NCBI RefSeq assembly: GCF_004010195.1
Contig: NC_057718.1
Location: 89,469,062 to 89,533,061 of the forward strand
Direction: 5' to 3'
DNA: 64,000 nt
Source: Chiloscyllium plagiosum
Lineage: Eukaryota
The notes beneath the pieces were generated by a model. The model saw nothing but the letters and a program-made list of their open reading frames with translations. It was not told the origin of the DNA and did not search any database. Position 1 is the stretch's first letter. The number at the start of each line of letters is the position of its first letter. The translations under genes were made by a program, and so were the position numbers. This document shows positions 24,311 through 37,144 of the stretch, in pieces.

Positions 24311-24475
24311 CTCTAGGTCACGGAGCGTGCTTTCCAGTGTCTCCACATCGTTCCCCAGGTGGGAGCAGCAGCAGAGATTCTCCTTCTCCTGCTCCAGCCA
24401 CTCCTCAAATGATTTCAGACCCAGCTGGTACTCCTGGTGCAGCAGAAGCTGCTCTTCAGCCTTTCTGGTGCCCTC
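24311..24475 (-). CDS. SYNE1: SYNE1 exon N (165 nt) EGTRKAEEQLLLHQEYQ...ESTLRDLE
   Basis: acceptor ttccag|GAG, donor GAG|gtaaga. Confidence 0.93.
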
Positions 24476-25711
24476 CTGGAAACCAGAGGAAACAGTTTCA
24501 CGTCCACATTGTAGGGAAAACAGCAGCATCATTCACTCTCTGAGTGCGACGTGGGGAAGCCTGGTGAAGGGGGAGGCTCAGGGAAGTCAACACACAGAAA
24601 CTGCGCTGATCAGGAAGGGGCAGCAAGGAGCCAGCGTTCCTTGTTAAATAGAAGGGGAGGTTAACTGACATCTCCTATAAATAGGCAAAACAGGAATGCA
24701 CTAAAGCTTAGACCAGCAGCCAGAGGAGTAATGCCTGACTGGCACAGCCTTTCAACCTTACGTTACTGACTCTGGCTGTACAGTTACAGACCCTCCCAGC
24801 CTGTACGCTTGCTGTTGAAGGTCTAGAGTTAACATCACGTGCATTACAATTGTGTTGAACTAACTCAGTAAGCAATATAATCTGCAGAGAAAATTACTGC
24901 GCTTTCTGTTAAGTCCAATTGAAGTGTTTTGCAATGTCCAATTAGATATTTTATAAATAAAGCACTTTTTTTGGGAAAGCAAAATAGGAATAGAATGGGA
25001 ACTGAAGCAGACCACTCATTCATCCAAATCTGCAACCTCAAATCTCATCAGGACCAATCTGTACCTCAACCCCGTTTACTCGACTTGGTTGCATATTGTT
25101 TGAAATCCCGACCAAATAAAATCTGTTTCTCTCACCCTCACTTCTGAGAGAGGGTCAATCGGCCCCCACACGTTAACCCTGATCTCTCTTCACAGATGCT
25201 GCCAGACCTGCTGAGCTTTTCAGTGACTTCTGTTTTTGTTCCTGATTGACAGCATCTGCAGTTCTTTCGATATTGTCTCAGTTTTGAAAGTTGCCATTGA
25301 GCTTAAGCTTTTGGGGAAAGACAGTTCCTGAATCCTCTACCCGTGAGCATGAAGAAATGGCACAGAACACAGAACATTACAGCGCAGTACAGGTCCTTCC
25401 TTCCCTGACGTTGCACCGACCTGTGAAACCGATCTGAAGCCGATCCAAGCGACACTATCGGACATCGCGCCCACTGATGTAGCCCATTAATTTTAAAGTT
25501 ATGTCCCCTTTGGTTGTGGACTTGCCACCAGAAGGAATAGTTTTTTTCTCTCTCTCTCTTTGTACCCTACAAATTCTTCAATCATCATTAATGTCTCAAT
25601 TGTGCCAATACTTTAATTTAGTATCTTCAGGGACTACAGTCTATGAAATAAGTCATCATAATATGACCCATTCAGAATTCTACTGAATTTGCACTGTACA
25701 CTGTTCCAGGT

Positions 25712-26372
25712 CATAGAGTCATAGAAATGTACAGCACAGAAACAGACCCTTCGATCCATGCCGACCTGATATCCCAACCAAATTTAGTCTCATTTGCCAG
25801 CACCTGGCCCATATCCCTCTAAACCCTTCCTATTCATGTACCCATCCAGATGTCTCTTAAATGCTGTAATTGTACCAGCCTCCACCACTTCCTCTGGCAG
25901 CTCATTCCATACACGTACCACCCTCTGAGTGAAAAGGTTATCGCCAAGTCCCTTTATATCTTTCCTCTCTCATCCTGAGCCTATTTAGATTAGATTAGAT
26001 TACTTACAGTGCTGAAACAGGCCCTTCGGCCCAACAAGTCCACACCGACCCTCCGAACAGCAACCCATCCAGACCCATTCCCCTACATTTGCCCCTTCAT
26101 CTAACATTATGGGCAATTTAGCATGGTCAATTCACCTAACCTGCACATTTTTGGACTGTGGGAGGAAACAGGAGCACCCGGAGGAAACCCACGCAGACAC
26201 GGGGAGAATGTGCAAACTCCACACAGACAGTTGCCTGAGGCGGGAGTTGAACTTGGGTCTCTGGCGCTGTGAGGCAGCAGTGCTAACCACGGTGCCACCC
26301 TGCCACCCATATGCCCTCTAGTTCTATACTCCCCCACCACAGGGGAAAGACCTTGTCTATTTACCCTATCCA
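25712..26372 (-). mobile_element. CR1 3' end interrupted by HE1 SINE
   Basis: (gagtcata)n tail; CR1 resumes at atgccctctagtt near 26311. Confidence 0.85.
25985..26308 (-). mobile_element. Full-length HE1-type V-SINE
   Basis: head, V-core and (tagat)n tail. Confidence 0.9.
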
Positions 26373-26899
26373 ATATATTCTTCCTGACAAATAGTTCCCT
26401 GAATTGAATGCAGTGCTATAAATACGTGTAACCAGAGATCTGTGTAGCTGCAAGATAAATTCCACCCATTTCTTTGAGCTGTCTTGAGAGAAAGGCAATC
26501 AGCCCATTAGCATCCAATGATTGTTTGTCCCTGTCCATTTTAATAGTTTCTGTTCATGGACCCCTAAATTATTCTGGTCCTCTACAGATCCTAGCTTCCC
26601 ACCACCTGAAGATTATTCTGCTTTTACCTTTACCTTTCACTGAACTCCATCTGCCTTAGTTCTGCCCTTTCGAATCCCCTTCCCCTTGCAGATTGTCAGC
26701 ACTATGTAGTGTGTCACCTTTATGTCAAGGACATCGAGGTGGCCTGCTGCCATTCCTGTCATTTTGGGCACTGTGCAGCCTGCACCTAATACCAGCAGCA
26801 GCCATCAGACAATACAGGATTGCACCGACAGATTAGGGATGTCCAGAATAAACAGACGCTTTCCTCAGTTGTTGCTCAGGGTGGCATTCTGCCCTGAGA

Positions 26900-27180
26900 T
26901 GATTATCAGTAGAAGTCTCACTCCAGGGCCTTGGCAGACATTCCAATGTCACACTGAGGGGGTGCTGCACTGTCATACTGCCATCCTTGCGATGAGGCAT
27001 TAAGCCATTGCCCTATCTGCTGTCTGAGTTTGACATAAAGGGCTCCCGAGGCACGATTTCAATGAGAAAAGGCAATTTGTAACCTTCGAGGAACATAGAC
27101 TGACGACCATGTGCGCAGTTTGGCAATGTGGTAATGCTTCAAGACATATTTCAGTGAGCTTTGGTCTGAAGTTCTGAGCG
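26900..27180 (+). mobile_element. Deu-domain SINE remnant (SacSINE1/AmnSINE-like)
   Basis: actgagggggtgctgcactgtc...gatgaggcattaagcc. Confidence 0.55.
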
Positions 27181-27246
27181 GCGCAATGACACTGTGGATT
27201 TTTTTTTCGATTACCTCCTTGATTGGTTGCTTTCTCTGTCACTTAC

Positions 27247-27390
27247 CTTGGCCTTTTCACTCAGGTTACTGAACCTCTCCTGGAGTTCCTGCAGTTCCAA
27301 GCGGCTGACGTAGTGCTGGGCCATGCTCTCGCCTTTCGCCTGGATCGTCTCCAACAGGCGGCTGTGACTCCGGGTATCCTCGTACAGTAA
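27247..27390 (-). CDS. SYNE1: SYNE1 exon M (144 nt) LLYEDTRSHSRLLETI...NLSEKAK
   Basis: acceptor ttgcag|TTA, donor AAG|gtaagt. Confidence 0.93.
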
Positions 27391-27658
27391 CTGCAACAGG
27401 AGAGGACACACGTGGCTGCCAGCTCACAGGGAACAGCCGCTAGTTAAGGAACTCATGCATCTATCAGAACGGAACTTACTACTGCCTTCCCACCACAGTA
27501 TGGGGGCAGCGGGAAGCTGGACCTGGGGGAGCGGGGGGTGGAGGGGAAGGGGATGGAGGGGGTGAAGTGGAGGGAGTGAGGTGCAGGGGAATGAGGTGAG
27601 GCTGGGGCGAGGATGTGAGATGTAGGAGGTACGTTGGGCTGGTCAGGGAGTGGGTGCA

Positions 27659-28068
27659 NNNNNNNNNNNNNNNNNNNNNNNNNNNNNNNNNNNNNNNNNN
27701 NNNNNNNNNNNNNNNNNNNNNNNNNNNNNNNNNNNNNNNNNNNNNNNNNNNNNNNNNNNNNNNNNNNNNNNNNNNNNNNNNNNNNNNNNNNNNNNNNNNN
27801 NNNNNNNNNNNNNNNNNNNNNNNNNNNNNNNNNNNNNNNNNNNNNNNNNNNNNNNNNNNNNNNNNNNNNNNNNNNNNNNNNNNNNNNNNNNNNNNNNNNN
27901 NNNNNNNNNNNNNNNNNNNNNNNNNNNNNNNNNNNNNNNNNNNNNNNNNNNNNNNNNNNNNNNNNNNNNNNNNNNNNNNNNNNNNNNNNNNNNNNNNNNN
28001 NNNNNNNNNNNNNNNNNNNNNNNNNNNNNNNNNNNNNNNNNNNNNNNNNNNNNNNNNNNNNNNNNNNN
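27659..28068. other. Assembly gap (410 N) with G-rich flanks
   Basis: direct inspection. Confidence 0.99.
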
Positions 28069-28820
28069 AAAGTGGAGCTGGGGGAGGGGGGGTGAGGTGA
28101 TGGGGATGAGGTGGAGCTGGGGGAGGGGGTGAGTTGATGTCAAAACCACCATTTTTAAAAATCTAGGGTAATACATATTTTGCATAACTTGGTATTCGAC
28201 ACCTCTCTTTCGAATGTTTCGTTTCCCTGTCCTGCCAACTTCACAGGTTGGGTTGTCAAACAATGGCTGCATTTCAAAAGTAATCCACTGGTGTATAGCA
28301 CTTTGCAAAGACAAGCTAATCTAAACTCAGCTGAATATAGAAGCCAAGCCCTTTCTTTTTTGTTATGAATAAGCCTGAAGGTAAATGGACAGATAGATAG
28401 GGTGGTCATGAGGTGTATGAGATTAGACAATCTCATTAGACAAAGCACACAATAGAAGACCTGGAGACTCGTGCTGGAACTAGATAAACACTGCCAAGCC
28501 ACCACCGGAGTATAACCTAATCTTTATCCTTGCAACATTTAGAAAGTATTTGGAAAAGTATTCAAAATTCTGTAAACAACAGAAGCTGGTGTGTGGCATT
28601 AGGCTGGATGGCTACTGGCCAGCCAGCACTGATATGATGGGGCTGAATGGCCTCCTTCTATACTGTAAATTTCTAATGGGGTGGGGGTGGGGAATGCCAA
28701 GGATTGTTCAAGTTTCCCTGCATCACCAAGTTAACTAAAAATATTGGCCAGCTTCCCACTGTCCCAGAGGCCTGGGTCATTCGAACCTGACCCATCTTGG
28801 CTTTATCCATCTCTACGCAC

Positions 28821-28974
28821 CTTCGCTTTGCCCAGAGCCGTTGCTTTGTCCCGAAGTTCAGTACATTGTCGTTCCGAGGCTTTCAGGTCTCCCTCCATCC
28901 GATCCATCCAGCTCATAAACTGCCGGACATCGTCCTGGTAACTGGTCCACTGGGATAGCGCTCCCTCTAGTTGG
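28821..28974 (-). CDS. SYNE1: SYNE1 exon L (154 nt) SQLEGALSQWTSYQD...ATALGKAK
   Basis: acceptor tttcag|C, donor AAG|gtgcgt. Confidence 0.94.
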
Positions 28975-29887
28975 CTGAAAGCAGAATTTTGCGGGAAAAA
29001 AAAAGTTACGGGAGTGTGATCTGTCTGAAAGGCTAATTCATAACATCTGTCCCCCCACCCTTCAAGTGAAATAATTGCAGCGTTTTTTGTCCTAATAAAT
29101 TTCACTTACAACACGAATGGCACTTAAATGGTTGGTATGACTGCACCTTATTTCAATCAGATGATTATTAACACATGGCAACTGATGGAGGCTGGGGGAC
29201 ACAGTGTTTTTCGAATGAGGAATAATTGGTTTCTGGCTTTGAAACTGTGCTCAAGCACCGAGTTAGGACACGTCATAATCAATCATTTCAGTCAGCCTTT
29301 GCCTATGAAATCTAGGGAGCAGCGAGCTGAAAATACAGGCAGCAAGGAATGGCCACATGCACTGAACCTGGTCAACGTGAGGTCAATCAAGCCCTCCGTT
29401 AACTGGAACACATGAACTTTTTTACGACCATATCCTGCCTGCTGTCCTTTAATCAGTGCGTGGCTTTAATCAAGTCCGATTCCTGACACTTCAACACACA
29501 ATCCAGGCTCACATCCTCATGCGGTGCTTCAGAATGTAAGAGGTGGGAACAGGAGTCGGTCATAGGGTCCTCAAACTATCCTGCCTTCAACACAAATCAC
29601 TGCTGACCTTCTGCATCAACTTCACTTGCCTTTATATCCCCGTATCTCTCAATCCCCTGAATGAGGGGGATCTATCCATCCCAGCATTGAATCATGGAGC
29701 GTCCGGAATTATTTGGAGTAGATGATTCCGAAGAGCGACAACTCTTTACGGGTGAAGCAATAAACCCTCACTTCAATCCTGAATGACCAGTCCTTTATTC
29801 TGAGATAGTGACCGCCCCACCCCTATCCCATTCTAGATTTCCCAGCCTGGGAAAACAACATCTCGGTGTCGACTTTGTCAAGCCTCT

Positions 29888-30247
29888 TAGAATAGAATAG
29901 AATCTCTACAGTGTGGAAACAGGCCATTTGGCCCAACAGGTCCATACTGACCCTCTGAAGAGTAACCCACCCAGATCCATTCCCCTATCCTATTTCTCTA
30001 CATTTATACCTGACTAATGCACCTAGCGTACACATTCTTGAACACTATGGGGCAATTTCCCATGGCCAATCCACCTGATCTGCACATCATTGAACTGTGG
30101 GAGGAAACCAGAGCACCCAGAGGAAACCCACGCAGACATAGGGAAGAATGTGCAAACTCCACACAGACAGTCACCCGCGGCTGGAATCGAACCCAGGTCC
30201 CTGGGGCTGAGAGGCAGCAGTGCCAACCACTGAGCCAGCATGCTGTC
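29888..30247 (-). mobile_element. HE1-type V-SINE
   Basis: full head/core/tail. Confidence 0.9.
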
Positions 30248-31149
30248 CATAAACATCTGAATGTTACGTTTCAATGCGATGATCCATTCGCTCCTCCAGA
30301 GGGTGTGGGGCCAATTTACTCAGCCTGGCATTGTACAACAAACCTCCGAAACCTTCAGAGATTCTAGTCGCGGCCTCAAAGGACAGTGTCTAGTCCCTGA
30401 TTAATACTGTCCCAAGTCACTCTCACACTGGTTAACACTCCCCACTTGAATGGTCCTCCCTCATCTTGGTTCAAAGGTTAGTTATGGCATCCTGCTGTCC
30501 CTGTTCCCAACATTTTTTATTCATTCACGGGATGAGGGAGTCACTGACTAGGCCAGCATTTATTGTCCATCCCTAATTGCTCAGAAAGCAGTTAAAAGTC
30601 AGCCACATTGCCATGGGTCTGGAGTCACATGTAGGCGAGACTGGGTGAGGATGGCAGTTTCCTTCCCTAAGGGGGAATTAGTGAACAATTGGTAATAGAT
30701 TCATGGTCATCATTCCAGATATTTATTAGGGTAGGGTTCGAACCTGGGTCCAGGATGTTATTTGGGTCTCAGGGTAACAGTGCAATGGTAATACCACTAG
30801 GCCATCACCTCCTCCTCCACGTGCATAGGTAGCAAGGCTCTTCTATCAACATATTCTGAATCGCGGAACCTGTCTGAATGACTGCCTGTGATCATTTGAT
30901 CAACTCAATGTAATCCAAAGGATGAAACTGCCTTGAGCAAAGAAAGGGACCAAGTACCCCGCCCCGTGCAAAGAAGATAACTCGGACGCCACCGTAACAG
31001 CCTTGCACCAAAATTGCTTTGGCTGCAGGTACCCATTGTGGTTATGGTTATGTGGGATTGGAATGCTCTCCACAGCTTCCCACATAGTGGAGGCCATCTG
31101 GCTCTTCGTGTCTGCCATTCATCACTATCAAGGCTAATCGTCCAACTCA

Positions 31150-31385
31150 ACAGCCTAATCCTGCTGTCTCCCCTTAACCTTTGATCCCATTCGCCCTAAG
31201 TGCTATATCTAGCTGCCTCTTGAATCTATCCAATGTTTTGGCATCAGCTACTTCCTGTGGTAATGAATTCCACATGCCCACCACTCTCTGGGTGAAGAAG
31301 TGTCTCCTCATCTCCTTCCTAAATGGTCCACCCCAAATCCTCAGGCTGTGACCCCCTGGTTCTGGAGACACCCACCATCGGGAAC
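31150..31385 (-). mobile_element. CR1 3' fragment
   Basis: ORF 31174..31371 GHSLRI...FFTQRVVGMWNSLP. Confidence 0.8.
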
Positions 31386-31799
31386 ATGCTGCTATTACAC
31401 CACTGCCATGTCCACCAATCCCGGTTTATGCATTTATTTGGGTAACTAGTTATTAGTTATTAATTTGTGCATTAAAGAATTGTAACTGAGACATAAACGT
31501 TTAGTAGTGACTGGATCTAAGAAGAAAAAGCAGCACTATCTTGCACCTCACCCCCTCCACTTCACCGAATTTCCACTCACACCATACCACTGACGCTGGC
31601 ACCCTGCCCACTCTGAGGGAGTGCCACACCGTTAGAGATGCCACCTTTCAGGTGAGATATTAAATATCGGGCCCGACTGTCCCCTCAGCCCACATCACTA
31701 TTCAGAGAGGAGTAGGAGTGTGCCAACAATCTGGTTAACACGCCTGTCTTAACCAGCAACACCAAACGGCAATTAACCAGTCGTTCATTAGGGAACTCA

Positions 31800-32135
31800 A
31801 CCAGGTGAATGTTGAAAAGATGCTTCCTCTTGTGGGCGAATCCAGAACCAGGGGTCATAGTTTAAAAGTAAAGAAGCACCCTTTAAATGAGGAAATACTT
31901 TTTATATCAGAGGGTTGAGAGTCTTTGGAATTCCTTTCCTCAAAAGGCAGTGGATGGAGAATTTTGAAATATTTTTAAGGCAGCGATAGATGGATTCTTG
32001 ATTGGAAAGGGGATGAAAGATTAGTGGGGATGCGCAGTAATGTAGAGTTGAGGTTACAATGAGATCAGCCAAGATTTTGCAGAATGATAGAGCAGGATTG
32101 AAGGGCCGAGTGGCCTAATGTTATCCCTTGTTCAT
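31800..32135 (+). mobile_element. CR1 3' fragment
   Basis: gaatccagaaccaggggtcatagtttaaaa...agagggttgagagtctttggaattc. Confidence 0.75.
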
Positions 32136-32597
32136 ATAATTACTGATGTGATAGTAATCGGACATAAGGCAAATATCAGGCTCAAATGTGCACCTCCTGA
32201 TTCAGAGGTATTGCCATGGATGGACTGAGCTGAATTGTCTAGGCCAATGCGCGGTCAGGAGAGGAGGCAGGTAGGCCTGTAAATGAGAGTGATGGGGGAG
32301 AGACCAAGTGGGCCCCCAACCAAGGCCCTGAGAGTAGGCAATGAGAGTTCATCCCACCACAGTCTAGATTAAACTGGGTGAGGCACATGCGATAAACAGC
32401 CTGCACAGTAGGATTTCTCACCTCAAGGCTGAAGGACTAACAACACCCCCAGCCTCACTCCCCGAACCCCTCCCCCACCCTCTGAAACCATTGTTCCCCA
32501 CCGCCCCTCTCATTGATGACCCATTGCAGCACAACCTCATCATGTGGGTGCAGTACCCGCGATGGCCACCGCTCCCACTGGCATCTGCCTATCAATG

Positions 32598-32808
32598 GGG
32601 AGAAAGTGAGGACTGCAGATGCTGGAGATCTGGGTCAAAACGTGTGGCGCTGGAAAAGCACAGCAGGTCAGGCAGCCTCCGAGGAGCAGGGGAATCAACG
32701 TTTCGAGCATAAGACCTTCATCAGGAATGAAGATGAAGAGCTTATGCTCAAAACGCCTCAGATGCTGCCTGACCGGCTGTATTTTTCCAGCACAGCTCTT
32801 TTTGACAT
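32598..32808 (-). mobile_element. Penelope-derived inverted-pLTR insertion; degenerate hammerhead on minus strand (32695-32725)
   Basis: revcomp ctgatga aggtc ttat gctc gaaa cgtt. Confidence 0.75.
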
Positions 32809-32944
32809 CTGCCGATCAATAACCAATTGGCAGGTCCTCCCCAACGCAGTCATTTAAGAGGCTCCCCCTCCCCCGGCCCTGTAGTTCAGCCCAGCAGCAG
32901 GGGGCGACGTTGTGGATGCCTGACTCTACCGTGCAGGGACTGAC

Positions 32945-33117
32945 CTTTTGCACTGGATGGAGAAGGACAGTAGCGAGTCCCAGGAATCCTTGAGACCCGC
33001 CATCTGCTGGCGAATGGCAACGGTGCCCTCAGGAGAGGTGCTCCTGAGTACCGACTCCCCGCGGGTCAGCACCATCTTCAGCTGGATCTCCTTCTCTTGT
33101 CGGAGGGCGAGCAGAGC
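32945..33117 (-). CDS. SYNE1: SYNE1 exon K (173 nt) ALLALRQEKEIQLKMVLTRGESVL...SLLSFSIQCK
   Basis: hand-translated; acceptor ccacag|GCT, donor AAAAG|gtcagt; end phase 2 joins exon L. Confidence 0.93.
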
Positions 33118-33297
33118 CTGTGGAAAAGAGCTGCGGTTAATGGAAGCCTTGGCGAGCTGTCTGCTTCACCCGTGCGCACCGTGCGTGGGCATCCACCAGC
33201 CCATCGTCCCTGAGAATAGGTGTCACCTTCCTCTCAAAATACCCGTGTCCAGTGAAGACCCGGCCCCAAAGCTGCCAGAGAGGGACTTCAAACATTT

Positions 33298-34096
33298 AAA
33301 TTGACAAGGATGTTGCCAGGGTTGGAGGGTTTGAGCTACAGGACGAGGCTGAACAGGCTGGGGCTGTTTTCCCTGGAGAGTCAGAAGCTGAAGGGTGACC
33401 TTATAGAGGTTTATAAAGTCATGAGGGGCATGGATAGGATAAATAGAGAAGGTGTTTTCCCTGGAGTCCAGGGAAGTCCTGAACTCGTGGGCATAGATTG
33501 AGGGTGAGAGGGGAAAAATTTAAAAGGGACCTAAGGAGCAACTTTTTCACACAGAGAGTGGTGCGTGTATGGAATGAGCTGCCAGAGGACGTGGTGGAGG
33601 CTGGTACAATTACAGCATTAAAAGGGCATCTGGATAGGTATATGAATAGATTAGATTCCCTACAGTATGGGGACAGGTCCTTCGGCCCAACAAGTCCACA
33701 CAGACCCTCCAAAGAGTAATCCACCCAGACTCATTTCCCTCTGACTAATGTATCTAACACTATGGGCAATTTAGCATGGCCAATTCACCTGACCTGTACA
33801 CCTTTGGACTGTGGGAGGAAACCAGAGCACCCGGAGGAAACCCACGCAGACACGGGGAGAACTGTGGAAAAGAGCTGCGGTTAACGGAAGCCTTGGCGAG
33901 CTGTCTGCTTCACCCGTGCGTGGAATTGGCTGAAATTGAACCTGGGTTCCTGGCACTGAGCCACCATGCCACTCCAGTTTACAGGGATATGGGCCAAGTG
34001 CTGGCAAGTGGCACTAGATTAGGTTGGGATATCAGGTCGGCACGGATGAGTTGGACCGATGGGTCTGTTTGTGTGCTGTACGTCTCTATGACTCTA
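33298..34096 (+). mobile_element. CR1 3' end interrupted by HE1 SINE
   Basis: ORFs 33301..33501 and 33498..33719; CR1 tail resumes near 33975. Confidence 0.88.
33647..33971 (-). mobile_element. HE1-type SINE carrying a 59-bp copy of the exon K acceptor
   Basis: SINE core interrupted at 33862-33920. Confidence 0.88.
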
Positions 34097-34804
34097 AGAA
34101 TAAAGAAAAGGGCGGAAAGTATTCCCAGTCGGGATGTTGTGTGGGTTCCAAGCAAAGGCGGGAAGCGATGGTATTTCCCGGGTGGTGGAGTCAATGGCCA
34201 CAGTGTGGATAACCTGCACTATCGGTGGGTCTGTGCTGCTGGTGAAACATCTAACGGTCAAGGATTTGATATCTGCTTCCATATATTCCTCATGGTTTGC
34301 CAAGCAATGAGTAATCCTGCCCGCCACTCTGGCACACTGCCCGTGCCTGTTTAAGAGTCTAATTGCATTCAATTCATTCCAGTGGTTTGGAAGAACGCAA
34401 GCTGAATAGCACCAGGATGAAGTATTTAGGCAGCTCGACTGCACTGAGAAACTGAGGCATCTTCCTCACATTGACACACTTCTTCAGAAGAACTCTCTCC
34501 TTTCAAAAAAATTCCTGGGCTCGTTTTTATCTTCAAAAAGTTACTTTTGCTGCACAGAACTGTCTATTTCACTCACTGCTCAATCGTCATCCATTCCTCC
34601 TCTTTTGTGTCTCACGTGGCACTCAAATGTGTCATCAAAGATTAGACATATTTTCTTTTATTAGCTGAATTCCCCTCAATACCGGAGAGTAAAGTTAATA
34701 CCTTCCCTGCTATATAGCAATTAAGACTCCTTCCCACATCCAACCCAATATTTCTCTAAATCCCTGGAATGAACCCAACATTAGAAACAATGTGTTTTAT
34801 CAAA

Positions 34805-35075
34805 GAATCCCTACAGTGGGAAAGCAGGCCATTCAGCCCATAGGGTTCACACCAACCTTCCAAAGAGCTCCCACCTAGACCCAACTCTATTCTTGTAACC
34901 CTGCATTTCCCATGACCAATCTATCTAAGCTGCACATCTTTGGACTGTGAGAGGAAACGGGAGCACCCAGAGGAAACCCACAAAGACACAGGGAGAATGT
35001 GCAAACTCCCCACAGGAATCGAACCCAGCTCCCTGGCGCAGTGAGGCAGCAGCGCTAACCACTGAGCCACCACGC
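34805..35075 (-). mobile_element. HE1-type V-SINE
   Basis: head/core/tail. Confidence 0.85.
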
Positions 35076-35477
35076 AGCTTCATATTGTTAAAAAATCTTA
35101 TGTTTGGTAAAATTCACTGAACCACAAACTCCAGTGAAACTATACAAGAACGCTGAAAGGAGGAGGCCATGCACACTCATTACTAGCTGTGTCAAAAATA
35201 AAGGGTTTGAACACAAAACTCAGGCTGATCCTTTTCAGAGCAATCCTGAGGGAGTGCTGCACTGTTGAAGATGCCATCTTTTCAATCACCCTCCCAGGCC
35301 AATGGAGGAAGTCCCCTGGTGTTATTCTGGGAAGGAGCTGAGAGGTTCTCCACCATGGCCTGATCAAAACAACGACTAATGTCCCCAAGCAGCTCATCTC
35401 CCCTGGGTCACGGCTCCAGGCAGGGGTTAGATACGGACAACCAGCTCAGCAGAGTGAACATACCCTAGCGAACTCAC

Positions 35478-35642
35478 CTCGACCTTTGCCATCCGACTGT
35501 CCAGCAGGTTTTTATCAGCAGTGGGAGCACAGTAAGACTCCAGCATGTGCCTGGCATCAGCCAGCCAATCCTGTAGTTCCTTCAGACCCTGGGAGAACTG
35601 CTGATGTTCTGACACAGTTCGCTGAGCTCTTAGTGTCTTCTC
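35478..35642 (-). CDS. SYNE1: SYNE1 exon J (165 nt) EKTLRAQRTVSEHQQFS...LDSRMAKVE
   Basis: acceptor tttcag|GAG, donor GAG|gtgagt. Confidence 0.94.
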
Positions 35643-36244
35643 CTGAAAGCCAGAAGAGGGGAGAACATTACAACAAGTCCTTCCCAATTCTAATCATGCC
35701 TTTCATTTCTCCCCAGACCCCCAAGTAATAGTGAGCAAATCCAGGTTAGCTCCAGCAATGTTACAGTTCCTTTTAAGATGTGGAGGTGCTAATGTTGGAC
35801 CGGGGTGGACAAAGTTAAAAATCACACAACACCAGTAAAATATTTTCAAGCAGCATTCTTACGCTCATAGCAACTCACTGTGTAAAATAAAATGTCAACT
35901 CTAACTCGTTCTTCTGCCAATAGTTTTAAATCTGGCTATTGATCATTTCACCAATAGTTTCTCTGTACTTACTCTATTAAAAACAAACCCCTCAAAATTT
36001 GGAAGCACTTACGTTTAACGTCCCCTTGGCCCTCTCAGAGCCAAGGAATCACAAACCCTTCTCCAGCCTCTGAGTGGGGCAAAAGCTTGTCTGAATCCCG
36101 AGTCTCACGGACTGGAAGAATGCTCCTGTGCTGCAGCCCGACGCCGATGTGTAACATTGCAGAGCTAAAGAGCTGTGTCTGCCCTCCCCAGAGCCCCATC
36201 GCTCCCTCCATATCACCACCAAGTCCTAGTGACTCCCAGAAATG

Positions 36245-36656
36245 GATAGGCTGGATATTTTCTTTTTTCCCTGGAGTGTAGGAAGTTAAGGAGTGACCTT
36301 GTAGAGGTCTATAAAATCATGAGAGGTTTAGATAGGGTGAGTAGCAGGGTTCCTTTCCTTAGGTCGGGGGAGTTCAAGATGAGAAGTTCTAGAGAGGAGA
36401 AAGCTTTAAAAAACACACGAGAGGTAACATTTTTACACAGAGGATGGCTCGTGTGTGGAATGAACTTCCAGAGGAAGTGGTGGATGTGGGTACGGTTACA
36501 ACATTTAAAAGACATTTGGATAAGTCCATGAATAGGAAATGTTTAGAGGGATATGGGCCAGGAGTTGGCGGGTGGGACTAGTTTAGTTTGGGATTATGGT
36601 CGGCCTGGACTTGTCAGACCGAAGAGTCTGGTTCCATCGTGTATGACTCAATGACT
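36245..36656 (+). mobile_element. CR1 3' end
   Basis: gacctt gtagaggtctataaaatcatgagagg...tggaatgaacttccagagg. Confidence 0.85.
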
Positions 36657-37144
36657 GCTTCCCTTCCCCTTCACCACCCAGTCCCCACTGCTACAGAAAG
36701 GGTAACAACAAAGGAGGGTGTGAGGCAGCCAACAGTGAAGCAGCACAGTAACCAGTCGCTAACCACTGGAAGTTATCTCCACAGAGAGCAGGGTACAAAT
36801 GCCTACAACAGGCAGTCCGTTCACAGGGTCGGGCTGAGTGTCGAGAAGCAATTAGAAAAACAAGGGCAGAGCATCCTGAAAATTGTGGGAGTCTCCCAGC
36901 GAGCACGACTCTGCCCTGGGGACACCTGTTCATATGGTGTACCTTTAAATCAGATCACTCAATGGGCATTCAGTAAGCTGCAGGTCCTGCTCAATCTCTA
37001 AACATGGCCTGATGTTGCCGTTCAATGCCACCCACTGAGCAACAAAGCAAATCAGCTCCTGGGGTCAACAGGTGGCTCTGAACACTCTCAAACATCACAC
37101 TGATCCTTGCAAGGATCATCTCGCCCATTCACGCATTTCCTTCT

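Noticed and set aside
27615..28314. Long ORFs containing X runs; possible hidden exon in the gap
   Set aside because: Artefacts of the N gap. Exons L and M join in phase and follow the recalled human sequence, so no constitutive exon seems missing.
34110..34322. Possible Harbinger-type MITE (gggcgga...cctgccc)
   Set aside because: Terminal repeats too short and degenerate to support.
33776..34354. 192-aa plus-strand ORF sharing a peptide with ORF 32948..33304
   Set aside because: Chimera of SINE, the 59-bp duplicated acceptor and a CR1 tail; the shared peptide only reflects the DNA duplication.
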